Shown here: in pieces, positions 39,526 through 48,140 of the stretch | Position numbering within the stretch: the first letter of the stretch is position 1 | Layout: each line of letters begins with the position of its first letter | Source: Bacilli bacterium | Lineage (GTDB): Bacteria > Bacillota_I > Bacilli_A > RF39 > UBA660 | Assembly: GCA_025992315.1 (NCBI GenBank) | Contig: DAJPHG010000001.1 | Span: 881,633 to 945,632, forward strand | Reading direction: 5' to 3' | Length of the DNA: 64,000 nucleotides | Translations under genes and position numbers: made by a program | The notes under the pieces: generated by a model | Databases searched by the model: none | Told to the model about the DNA's origin: nothing | What the model saw: only the letters and a program-made list of their open reading frames with translations

Positions 39526-40789
39526 GCTAATTTTAAATAGAAAAGAAATTATAAGTATTTTAGGAAAAGAGTATGAAGGATTAGCAGATATATTTAGTGA
39601 TAAGTTTGGAATAGTAAATGCTATGTTAGAACGACATGAACTAGATAAGTATAATCTTTTCATGTATCAATGTTTAAGTGCAAATACTGTTGATTTATTT
39701 GGTTTAAGTAGAGAAGTTTCTAGTGGTGGTTTAGGTGTAAATGAAAATAAAAAAATTGCCATGACTAGTTGTTTAGCAGAAGCATTAGAACGTTATTGTA
39801 TGTCTTATATTCCCAAAAAAGAAATTATAAAGAGTGCGAAAATAAATTTAAGAAAAGAAAATACTTTTGATAACTTTTTTACATATAGTGAAGAACAATA
39901 TGATAAATTAGATTTGTTTTTAAATCCAAATAAAGAAAAAATAGAGTGGACAAAAATTTATAATATTGATAGTAGAAAAAAATTTAAGTACTGGCCTGCT
40001 AGTTTGATATATTTACCATATGATTTAAATAAAACAGTGGCAGAAACAACTTCAACAGGTATGGCCGCTGGATTTACATTAGATGAATGCATACAAAGTG
40101 GATTGTTAGAATTGATAGAGAGAGATGCATTGATGGTTAATTTTATGCAACGCCTGAATCCACCTGAAATTAATTTGGAAACTTTAGATGGTGAAAATTT
40201 AAAATTGATAAAGAAAATACAAAAAGAATATGATATAAAAATTTACAAATTGTATTCTGATATTAAAGTTCCTATTTATTTATCTATTATTTATAAAGAG
40301 GAAAAGAAGCATATACATTATGGTATAGGTGCATGTGCTAGTATAAATTCTGATTATGCCATTAATAAATCATTAAAAGAATGTTTATTCACTTATTTCT
40401 ATTCTTTAAATATAATGGATGCTCGACAAGGTGATCCTAAAAAAATAAAAACGTTATATGAACACTTTTTATATTATCAAGGCGATAATTTTAAAAAATT
40501 ATTATTTAATAGTAAGGTAATTAATTATAAAAAAGAAGTTGTATCATTTAATGACTTATTAAAAAATTTAAAATCCCAAAATATAGACGTATATTATAAA
40601 GAATTAACTACTGATGACATTAAGAAAACTGGTATTAAGGTTGTTAAGGTTATTGCTCCAAGTTTAATTGATTTAAATAAAAGTCATATATACCCAAGAC
40701 TAGGAGCAGAACGATTTTTCCTTGTACCAGAGAAATTAAAATTAAAACATAATAAAAAGTTAACGGAGATGCCTCATCCGTTTCCATAG
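39512..40789 (+). CDS. YcaO-family ATP-dependent amide-activating enzyme (cyclodehydratase type)
   Basis: Contains SGGLGVNENKKIAMTSCLAEALERYC, TSTGMAAGFTLDECIQSGLLELIERDA and the extreme C-terminal MPHPFP (PxPxP). ATG at 39512 follows GGGTGA, with GTG at 39503 as an alternative. Confidence 0.9.
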   Translation: MEKNKLILNRKEIISILGKEYEGLADIFSDKFGIVNAMLERHELDKYNLFMYQCLSANTVDLFGLSREVSSGGLGVNENKKIAMTSCLAEALERYCMSYIPKKEIIKSAKINLRKENTFDNFFTYSEEQYDKLDLFLNPNKEKIEWTKIYNIDSRKKFKYWPASLIYLPYDLNKTVAETTSTGMAAGFTLDECIQSGLLELIERDALMVNFMQRLNPPEINLETLDGENLKLIKKIQKEYDIKIYKLYSDIKVPIYLSIIYKEEKKHIHYGIGACASINSDYAINKSLKECLFTYFYSLNIMDARQGDPKKIKTLYEHFLYYQGDNFKKLLFNSKVINYKKEVVSFNDLLKNLKSQNIDVYYKELTTDDIKKTGIKVVKVIAPSLIDLNKSHIYPRLGAERFFLVPEKLKLKHNKKLTEMPHPFP

Positions 40790-40799
40790 GGGGATAATT

Positions 40800-41690
40800 A
40801 TGAGTGAAAGAGATAAATTAGATATTTTATTGTACAATACATACATCAATATGAGTGATGAAAATCGTTGTACAGATAGATTAGAATTAATTGCGGAACA
40901 TTACAAAGTAAATGTTGATTATTTATATAACAGATATTTATGGTTGGTGAATATGGGAATTGATCCTAATTATTATCATTTGGATGAAAATCATGCATTG
41001 ATATATAGAATATTTGACGAATATAACAAAATGCTTAACGAGAACAATATTGAGTATTATTATACTAGTGGAATCCTTGCATATTTGTTGGTTGATAGAG
41101 ACTTAGAGAGATATCATCATGATTTAGATATTTTTATAAATATGGAACATTTGGAAAAGTTGGAACAAATTTGTTGTGATTATAATTTTTTGTTTGAACG
41201 AAAAATAGGTGAACGCGGTGATGGAACAAAAAGAGTGATGTTAAAAATGTACTATAAAGATATTATTGATATTCCGATAACTGTTTTTATGTATGTTAAA
41301 GAAAAAGATGGTTCCATTACTCAAAAAGATTATTTTGTTAATGAAAATAATAGAAAATTAGTTGAATATATTCATAATTCTCCATTAATTAGTAAATTAA
41401 GTTTCTCTGAAATTCCTAAAAATCATAATGGCATTAAATACTATTCCATAACGCCAGAAGCACTATTTTTATGTAAAACCGAAAATAGGCCAAAAGATGT
41501 TTACGATTGTACCGTTTTTAGTAATATTGTAGATAAAAATAAGCTTGAAGAATTAAGTAAAGCATTTAAATATAATTTACCTAATAATATTGTTGAAGCA
41601 AACAATGATGAATTTTCAAATTATATTTTTAAAAATAATGAACCAGAGAAAATAAAAGTTAGTAAGAGGGTATTGATAAAACATGATTGA
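40800..41690 (+). CDS. Pol-beta-fold nucleotidyltransferase (Lnu/ANT(2'')-like) with C-terminal extension
   Basis: 296 aa. YYTSGILAYLLVDRDLERYHHDLDIFI fits the G-x(n)-R-x-H-x-D-h-D-h NTase active-site pattern of small-molecule nucleotidyltransferases. A GGGGGA RBS is present. Confidence 0.6.
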   Translation: MSERDKLDILLYNTYINMSDENRCTDRLELIAEHYKVNVDYLYNRYLWLVNMGIDPNYYHLDENHALIYRIFDEYNKMLNENNIEYYYTSGILAYLLVDRDLERYHHDLDIFINMEHLEKLEQICCDYNFLFERKIGERGDGTKRVMLKMYYKDIIDIPITVFMYVKEKDGSITQKDYFVNENNRKLVEYIHNSPLISKLSFSEIPKNHNGIKYYSITPEALFLCKTENRPKDVYDCTVFSNIVDKNKLEELSKAFKYNLPNNIVEANNDEFSNYIFKNNEPEKIKVSKRVLIKHD

Positions 41691-42321
41691 TTATAGTTTA
41701 TATTTATGTACGAATAGTGAAATAAATATTGATTATCCACTTGAATATTGTGTAGAGCAAGCAATTTTAGGTGGCGTTACAATAGTCCAAATTAGAGAAA
41801 AAGGGAAAAATTATAATGAGTTCTTTCAGATTGCATCTAGAATAAAAAAAGTAACTGATAAATATAATATACCATTAATTATAAACGATAACCTTGAGGT
41901 TGCAAAAAATATCAAAGCTGATGGAATCCATATTGGACAAAATGATATATCTTGTTTGGAAGCAAGAAAAATTCTAGGCCCTAAAAAAATAATAGGTGTA
42001 ACTGTAACAAATCTTAGTGAAGCAAAAAAGGCAATTGAAGATGGTGCATCATATTTGTGAGTTGGTGCTATATATAAATCAACAACTAAAAAGGATGCAT
42101 TGGTAGTAGGTGTTGATAAGTTAAGAAAAATAGCAGATTATTCTTCAATACCAGTTATAGTAATAGGTGGTATTAACAAAAATACGATTCCTATATTAGA
42201 GGGAATTAAAATAGATGGTTATGCTATGATTAGACCGATATTAGCACAGGAAAATATTATTGATTCTACTAAAAAATTAAAAAGATTAATATATAATAAT
42301 AAAAAATCGTTAGATGTTTAA
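41683..42321 (+). pseudogene. thiE: thiamine-phosphate synthase / TenI-fold gene with one in-frame TGA
   Basis: The 212-codon frame is colinear with ThiE (LYLCT, IVQIREK, IINDNLEVA, GIHIGQND, IPVIVIGGI). TGA at 42058-42060 replaces the first Gly of the conserved GADY-I/L-G-VG motif (GASYL*VGAIY). The ATGATTGA overlap couples it to the NTase gene. Confidence 0.8.
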
Positions 42322-42324
42322 GAT

Positions 42325-42504
42325 CTAATGATTTTTTATTATTTCATCAACAGAACAATTAAATTTTTTGGCTAATTTATAAATATAAACTGTTGGTATT
42401 AATATTATTCCTAATTCATATTGAGTATAAGCGGATACTGAAATTTTTAAAATTTTCGCAATCTCTTTTTGAGTTAGATTTACTTTTTTTCTTAATAAAT
42501 GCAA
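42325..42504 (-). pseudogene. XRE-family helix-turn-helix remnant (59 codons)
   Basis: The reverse-strand translation is (L)HLLRKKVNLTQKEIAKILKISVSAYTQYELGIILIPTVYIYKLAKKFNCSVDEIIKNH*. Only a TTG start is available, there is no SD, and the first helix is short or missing. Confidence 0.45.
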
Positions 42505-42542
42505 TAAAAGAAATTATAACTAATGAAGATAATAAGAATTAA

Positions 42543-42968
42543 TTGAGTAAACTTTATAGTGAAATACAAACTTTACAAAAAAGACTATCTAATTTAATTG
42601 ATTTAAAACTTGATAACATAGAAAACAAAGATGTCTATAATGAAAAAGAAAAGGAAATTTATAATAAAATAAAAATGCTAAATGAACAAATTGAACAGTT
42701 AGAATATAATGATAAACAAAATAAAGATATATCTAAAAGACTTAAAGACATTGAGAAAAGCATAAATGAAGAAGAACAGCCAATGGAAATATTTGATGAT
42801 GTTAAATTTGAAAATTTAGTAGAAAAAATAATTATAGGCGAAAAAGATAGAAATGGTAATATTAATCCTAATACTATAAGATTTGTTCTAAAAATTGGTA
42901 CAGAGTATAAATTTAAAGATTTGTCATTTGTACCAAACAAGAAAGCAGATTTATTCAACGAAAAATAA
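42543..42968 (+). pseudogene. C-terminal remnant (coiled coil plus DUF4368-like tail) of a large serine recombinase
   Basis: It has only a TTG start and no resolvase catalytic or zinc-ribbon domains. The coiled coil followed by FENLVEKIIIGEKDRNGNINPNTIRFVLKIG resembles the TndX-type recombinase C-terminus. Confidence 0.55.
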
Positions 42969-43101
42969 ATAATACTTATAGAAAAATTATATCAATATGG
43001 TGTAATTTTTTAATTTTAAATAATAAAGTAATTGAAATAGAGGATTATTTTTGATAAAATTATTAGGTAAGATAAAAAGTAGACAATTGGAGGAATAAAT
43101 A

Positions 43102-43512
43102 ATGGCTTTTAAAAACTTAAAAAAAATATTTATGGATGAAGATAATGAAAGCGAAGCAAGTGAAGAAGAATTTTATACAATGAGCGAAGCAGATGCTTTA
43201 AAAGAAGCAGATAAATCTGGTAATAAAATGATTTTGTTGGAACCAAGAGCTTATTCTGAAAGCCAACAAATAGCAGATCATTTAAAAAATAGGAATAGTG
43301 TTGTAGTAAATCTAAAAAGAGTTACTTCAGATCAAGCTAAAAGAATTATTGACTTTTTAAGTGGATGCATATATGCTATTGGTGGATCAATGGAAAAAAT
43401 TGGTGTAGGAATTTATTTATGTACTCCTAAAAATGTTAGTGTTCAAGGTAAAATAACTGAAGATAATAAAAATGATAAGAATGCTAATAAAGATGAAGAA
43501 GTAGAATGGTAA
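43102..43512 (+). CDS. sepF: cell division protein SepF
   Basis: 136 aa with LLEPRAYSESQQIADHLKNRNSVVVNL and DFLSGCIYAIGGSMEKIG. Confidence 0.9.
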   Translation: MAFKNLKKIFMDEDNESEASEEEFYTMSEADALKEADKSGNKMILLEPRAYSESQQIADHLKNRNSVVVNLKRVTSDQAKRIIDFLSGCIYAIGGSMEKIGVGIYLCTPKNVSVQGKITEDNKNDKNANKDEEVEW

Positions 43513-43541
43513 AATATTAAATAAGTTTGTCGAGGTGGGAC

Positions 43542-43970
43542 ATGAAAAAGTTTGATACTAGCTTTAGAGGATATGATAAAAAGCAAGTAAATTCTTTTGT
43601 TGGTGATGTCGCAGATAAGTATGAAAGCATGCTTAACAATTTAAAAAGTAGAGATCAACAAATTCAAGAATTACAAAATAAATTAGAATATTATAAAAAA
43701 ATGGAAGAAACTTTAAATAGAGCAATATTTGTTGCTGAAGATACTTCTAATCAAATTAAGAAATATGCTAAAGAAGAATCAACTAATATAATAAATGAAG
43801 CTAAAAGAAATGCTTCCAGAATTATAAATGAAGCTTTATTAAAATCTTCCAAAATAGAGCAGGAATCTCAAACTTTAAAACACCGTGTAACAATAATGAA
43901 ATCACGTTTAAGACAAACTTTAGAAGAAGAAATAGCAATGTTAGATGATATTGATGATATAGATTATTAA
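43542..43970 (+). CDS. DivIVA-domain protein
   Basis: Contains F..SFRGYDKKQVNSFV followed by a coiled coil. ATG at 43542 follows GAGGTGG, so the TTG at 43527 in the track is less likely. Confidence 0.85.
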   Translation: MKKFDTSFRGYDKKQVNSFVGDVADKYESMLNNLKSRDQQIQELQNKLEYYKKMEETLNRAIFVAEDTSNQIKKYAKEESTNIINEAKRNASRIINEALLKSSKIEQESQTLKHRVTIMKSRLRQTLEEEIAMLDDIDDIDY

Positions 43971-44018
43971 TGTCATTTTTTTAATAATATGATAATATAT
44001 ATTTAAGGAGAGATAAGA

Positions 44019-44555
44019 ATGAATATAAATGAAGTAGAAAGTAAAATGAAAAAAGCAATTGAAAATATGGAAAATCGCTTTTTAAATGTTCGTGCAGGTA
44101 GAGCTAATCCGGCTATGTTAAATGGTATTGAAGTTGATTATTATGGAACACCAACTCCAATTAATAGTTTAGCAAATGTTACAGTTCCGGAAGCAAAACA
44201 ACTATTTATTAAACCTTTTGATAAAAGTACATTAAAAGAAATAGAAAGAGCTATAAACGAAGCTAATATTGGAATAAGTCCTACTAATAATGGTGAATTT
44301 ATTATTTTAACTGTTCCTGATTTAACAGAAGATAGACGTAGAGAATATGTTAAACAAGTTAAATCTATGGCTGAAGATGGAAAGGTTGCTTTAAGAAATA
44401 TTCGTCAAGATGCTAATAACGCTATAAAAAAATTAGAACTACCTGAAGATCAAGAAAAAGGATTAATGGAAGACGTTCAAGAATTAATAAACAAATATAA
44501 TAAGATTGTTGATGAAAATGCTAAAGAAAAAGAAAAAGAATTAATGCAAATATAA
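44019..44555 (+). CDS. frr: ribosome recycling factor
   Basis: 178 aa with RAGRANPAMLNGIEVDYYG and LTEDRRREYVKQVK. Confidence 0.95.
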   Translation: MNINEVESKMKKAIENMENRFLNVRAGRANPAMLNGIEVDYYGTPTPINSLANVTVPEAKQLFIKPFDKSTLKEIERAINEANIGISPTNNGEFIILTVPDLTEDRRREYVKQVKSMAEDGKVALRNIRQDANNAIKKLELPEDQEKGLMEDVQELINKYNKIVDENAKEKEKELMQI

Positions 44556-44606
44556 CAAAATAGACCTTTATGGTCTTTTTTGTTATAATAGACATGGTGA
44601 ATAATA

Positions 44607-45242
44607 ATGCAAGTGAAATTAGATAACTATATTATGGATGTAATAATAACTTATAAAAATAATAAAAATATTTATTTTAGAGTTAAAGAAGATTTAAAAT
44701 TATATGTTACTTGTAATAAATTTGTTAGTTTAAAAAATATTGAAAAGCTTATTTACGACAATTCACTTAGTATTATTAAAATGTATGAATATGCTTTAAA
44801 AAATGCTCAATATAAAAATGAGTTTCATTATTTAGGAGATAAATATAATTTAATATATGATGATAAAATAATAACTCCATATTTTCAAAAAGATAATTTT
44901 TATGTAAAGAATAATAAAATGTTAGAAAAATTTTGGAAAGATGAATGTTTAAGAATCTTTAACAAACGTGTTTTGACATTGAAAGAATTATTTGATTACT
45001 TACCAGAATTTTCTTTAAAAATAAGATTTATGAAAACAAGATGGGGCGTTTGTAATCGATCTAATAATACAATTACTTTAAATAGTGAATTATTAAAAAA
45101 AGAAATTACTTTGTTAGATTATGTAATAGTTCATGAAATGTGTCATTTTAAGCATCCTAATCATAGTAAATATTTTTGGAATGAAGTAAGTAAGTATTAT
45201 CCATACTATAAATTGGCTAGAAAAAAATTAAAGGAGGTCTAA
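44607..45242 (+). CDS. YgjP-like (DUF45/M48-like) metal-dependent hydrolase
   Basis: Contains RWGVCN and the HExxH motif in VIVHEMCHFKHPNHSKYFW. Confidence 0.8.
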   Translation: MQVKLDNYIMDVIITYKNNKNIYFRVKEDLKLYVTCNKFVSLKNIEKLIYDNSLSIIKMYEYALKNAQYKNEFHYLGDKYNLIYDDKIITPYFQKDNFYVKNNKMLEKFWKDECLRIFNKRVLTLKELFDYLPEFSLKIRFMKTRWGVCNRSNNTITLNSELLKKEITLLDYVIVHEMCHFKHPNHSKYFWNEVSKYYPYYKLARKKLKEV

Positions 45243-45244
45243 CT

Positions 45245-45985
45245 ATGGAAGTAATTACATCTTTAAGTAATAAAAAAGTAAAAGATTGGTGTAAATTAAA
45301 GAATAAAAAATATCGTGACGAAGAAGAATTATTTTTAGTAGAAGGAGAACATTTAGTTTTAGAAGCAATAAAAAGTAATTTAGCAGTAGAACTTATGCTT
45401 GAAGAAAACACAGTTTTTCCTATTGATATTTTAAAATGCTATGCTACTAAAGAAGTGTTGAAAAAAATATCCTCTTTAGATACTCCTCCTAATATGATTG
45501 CTATTGTTAAAAAAAAGAAAGAAGAAGATTATAAAAATAAACTTATTTTAATTGACTCTATTCAAGATCCTGGTAATTTAGGAACTATTATTAGAAGTGC
45601 TGTTGCATTTAATATAGATACTGTTGTTTTAGGAAATAATACTGTAGATCTATATAATGAAAAAGTAATTAGAGCAACTCAAGGATTACTTTTTCATATA
45701 AATATAATTAAAAGAGATTTAAAAGAATTTGTTAAAAAATTAAAAAATGATAATTATCAAATTTTAGGTACTAAAGTTACCCATGGTACATTAGTAGAAA
45801 ATATTTCTTTAAAAAATAAATATGCATTTATAATGGGGAATGAAGGCAATGGAGTAGATGAAGAATTACTAGATTTATGTGATGATTATTTATATATTGG
45901 AATGAATGATTTATGTGAAAGTTTAAATGTTGGTGTTGCAAGTAGTATCATACTTTATGAATTAGATAAAAAGGGAAATAAATAA
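45245..45985 (+). CDS. TrmH/SpoU-family RNA 2'-O-methyltransferase
   Basis: Contains DSIQDPGNLGTIIRSA, MGNEGNGV and SLNVGVASSIILYE motifs. Confidence 0.85.
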   Translation: MEVITSLSNKKVKDWCKLKNKKYRDEEELFLVEGEHLVLEAIKSNLAVELMLEENTVFPIDILKCYATKEVLKKISSLDTPPNMIAIVKKKKEEDYKNKLILIDSIQDPGNLGTIIRSAVAFNIDTVVLGNNTVDLYNEKVIRATQGLLFHINIIKRDLKEFVKKLKNDNYQILGTKVTHGTLVENISLKNKYAFIMGNEGNGVDEELLDLCDDYLYIGMNDLCESLNVGVASSIILYELDKKGNK

Positions 45986-46662
45986 TGAAAAAAAAGAAAA
46001 AGATAATATTAATAATTTTGGTAATAATTGCTATTTTAAGTATGCTTGGTTATTTACTATATAATACGTATAATAGAATTAAAAATTTGGAGATGTTTGA
46101 TAAAAACTTCTTAGATTCAACTAATGAGCAAGAAAAAGAAAATAAGAAAAAGCAAAAAGAATATGAAAAGAAAATAAAAAATAATGGTCAAATTGTTACA
46201 GTATCCATAAACGCAGATGAAACTAAACAATTTTATATTTTAAGTGAAGATGAAACGACTTATACATTACTAGCTGCAGAGCCAATTGGAACAAGTGCTT
46301 TTTATCTTAGTGATGAATGTAATAGTGAAAATGAAAGTTCATGTAATTATACAACTGAATATATATATGATTTTTTAGCCTCTAATACAGCTTCTTGGTC
46401 TTATGTTGGAAATGTTAGACTACCTAATATGAATGAAATAGTAAAAATAGGAAATTTTAAAATCAAAAATGGTCTTTATACAAGTGCAAATAAAGATTAT
46501 ATATATAACTCTTCATATTGGATTGAAGATAATAGCAAAGATGATGATAAAGTTCATTATTTAGACAAAGGTAGTAAAACAATATTGAAAGATAAAATGT
46601 ATAATCAACATGATGTAACTCCAGTAATAGTAGTTTTAAAAGCTTTCGTGAAAAATGACTAA
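45985..46662 (+). CDS. hypothetical membrane-anchored protein
   Basis: A Lys-rich N-terminus and TM helix precede the extracytoplasmic domain. No family recognised. Confidence 0.5.
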   Translation: MKKKKKIILIILVIIAILSMLGYLLYNTYNRIKNLEMFDKNFLDSTNEQEKENKKKQKEYEKKIKNNGQIVTVSINADETKQFYILSEDETTYTLLAAEPIGTSAFYLSDECNSENESSCNYTTEYIYDFLASNTASWSYVGNVRLPNMNEIVKIGNFKIKNGLYTSANKDYIYNSSYWIEDNSKDDDKVHYLDKGSKTILKDKMYNQHDVTPVIVVLKAFVKND

Positions 46663-46718
46663 AAGAAAAAGTATAAACTTTTCTTTTTTTATGCTAAAAT
46701 AATTGGTGGTGATATATA

Positions 46719-47471
46719 ATGTTAGAAATAAAAAATATTACAGTCCAAGCAGATGAACAAACAATATTAAATGATTTTAATTTAAATATAGAAGATCATG
46801 AAATACATGCTTTAATGGGCCCTAATGGAGTAGGCAAAAGTACGATATGTAAAGTATTATTAAATGACCAAAATTATCATGTTATTAATGGTAATATAAT
46901 ATATAATAGTCGAAATATAAATGAATTAGCAACTGATGAACGTGCTAGATTAGGATTTTTTTTATTAAATCAAACGCCGATAGCTATACCTGGTGTATCA
47001 AATAGTGAAATGTTACGTATGGCTTTATCAAATAAAACAAATAAACAAGTAGATATTTTAGCATTTCATAAAGAATTAAAAGCTATAACAGAAAAGTTAA
47101 ATGTTCCATCTAGTTTTATTCATCGTGATATCAATTATGGTATGAGTGGTGGAGAAAGAAAGAAGAATGAGTTGATTCATTTATGGATGTTAAAGCCTAA
47201 TTTTATTATTTTAGATGAAGTAGATTCTGGGTTGGATGTTGATTCCTTTAAAACTGTTATGAAATCTTTAAAAGAATATTATTTAGAATATAAACCTTCT
47301 ATATTAATTATTACTCATAATACCAAAGTATTTAAATATTTACATCCTGATAAAATATCTATCTTAAATAATGGCTATATAATAAAAAATGGTGATGCTT
47401 CATTAGCAAATATTATAGATGAACAAGGATTTGAGGCATTTAATGTAAGTGAGAATGAAGTTCATGAATAA
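46719..47471 (+). CDS. sufC: Fe-S cluster assembly ATPase SufC
   Basis: Walker A (GPNGVGKST), the ABC signature (MSGGERKK) and Walker B (ILDEVDSGLD). Confidence 0.9.
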   Translation: MLEIKNITVQADEQTILNDFNLNIEDHEIHALMGPNGVGKSTICKVLLNDQNYHVINGNIIYNSRNINELATDERARLGFFLLNQTPIAIPGVSNSEMLRMALSNKTNKQVDILAFHKELKAITEKLNVPSSFIHRDINYGMSGGERKKNELIHLWMLKPNFIILDEVDSGLDVDSFKTVMKSLKEYYLEYKPSILIITHNTKVFKYLHPDKISILNNGYIIKNGDASLANIIDEQGFEAFNVSENEVHE

Positions 47472-48126
47472 TATATTAGTAGAAAATGAAGTAATGGAAT
47501 TTAATAACGAAAATATTAATATTGATTTAAATGTATCTAAAGTCATAATTGATATTAAAAATAAAGTTGTAATAAATGATTTAAATACTTCGTGGAAAGA
47601 TTTAGAAATTGTTTTTAATATAAAAGAGAACAGTTCTTTAGAATTAAATGTTTTTAAAAATAATGCTCAAATTAATTATAACTTAATAGTTAATATGGAA
47701 AATAATAGTGAATTTATTGGCAATATTGCTTATGTTATAACAGAAAATAGTAAAATATTTATCCAAACTAATATGAATGGAAGTAATATCAAAAATATTT
47801 TGAAAACTAAATGTATTACTCAAGATAAAGGTTCTGTAGATATTCAGGTTGATGGTAATGTATTAGAAAATACTATTAATAATATTATGCAAGAAGATGT
47901 TAGAATATTAAATTTAAATAACTTTGAAAATAAAATAAAACCTAACATGTTAGTTTCATCTAATGAAGTTCAAGCTGATCATTTTACTACAATGTCAGGA
48001 ATTAATAGTGATGAGTTATTCTATTTGAAAGCAAAAGGCTTAGATAATGAAACTGCTACAAAATTATTAGAAAAAGGATTTGTATTAGAAATTTTTAATG
48101 ATGAAATAAAGAAAAAAATATTTTAA
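47464..48126 (+). CDS. sufD: SufB/SufD-family protein, half-size (220 aa)
   Basis: The C-terminal beta-helix and tail pattern is present (QADHFTTMSGINSDELFYLKAKGLDNETATKLL). ATG at 47464 forms an ATGAATAA overlap with sufC. Confidence 0.7.
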   Translation: MNNILVENEVMEFNNENINIDLNVSKVIIDIKNKVVINDLNTSWKDLEIVFNIKENSSLELNVFKNNAQINYNLIVNMENNSEFIGNIAYVITENSKIFIQTNMNGSNIKNILKTKCITQDKGSVDIQVDGNVLENTINNIMQEDVRILNLNNFENKIKPNMLVSSNEVQADHFTTMSGINSDELFYLKAKGLDNETATKLLEKGFVLEIFNDEIKKKIF

Positions 48127-48140
48127 AAAGGAGGTGTATT

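Noticed and set aside
42058-42060. TGA read as Gly (code 25), Trp (code 4) or selenocysteine
   Set aside because: TGA terminates rsgA and the NTase gene in this window, and long conserved genes contain no in-frame TGA. No SECIS-like hairpin is evident downstream, and the site is a structural Gly, not a redox Cys.
42659-42958. 99-aa minus-strand ORF opposite the recombinase remnant
   Set aside because: The plus-strand frame carries the recognisable coiled-coil and DUF4368-like pattern, whereas the minus-strand frame is low complexity.
46719-47471. SufC as the missing ABC exporter for the YcaO product
   Set aside because: It is a soluble Suf ATPase embedded in sufCDSU, with no permease gene, and it lies over 4 kb beyond the island boundary.
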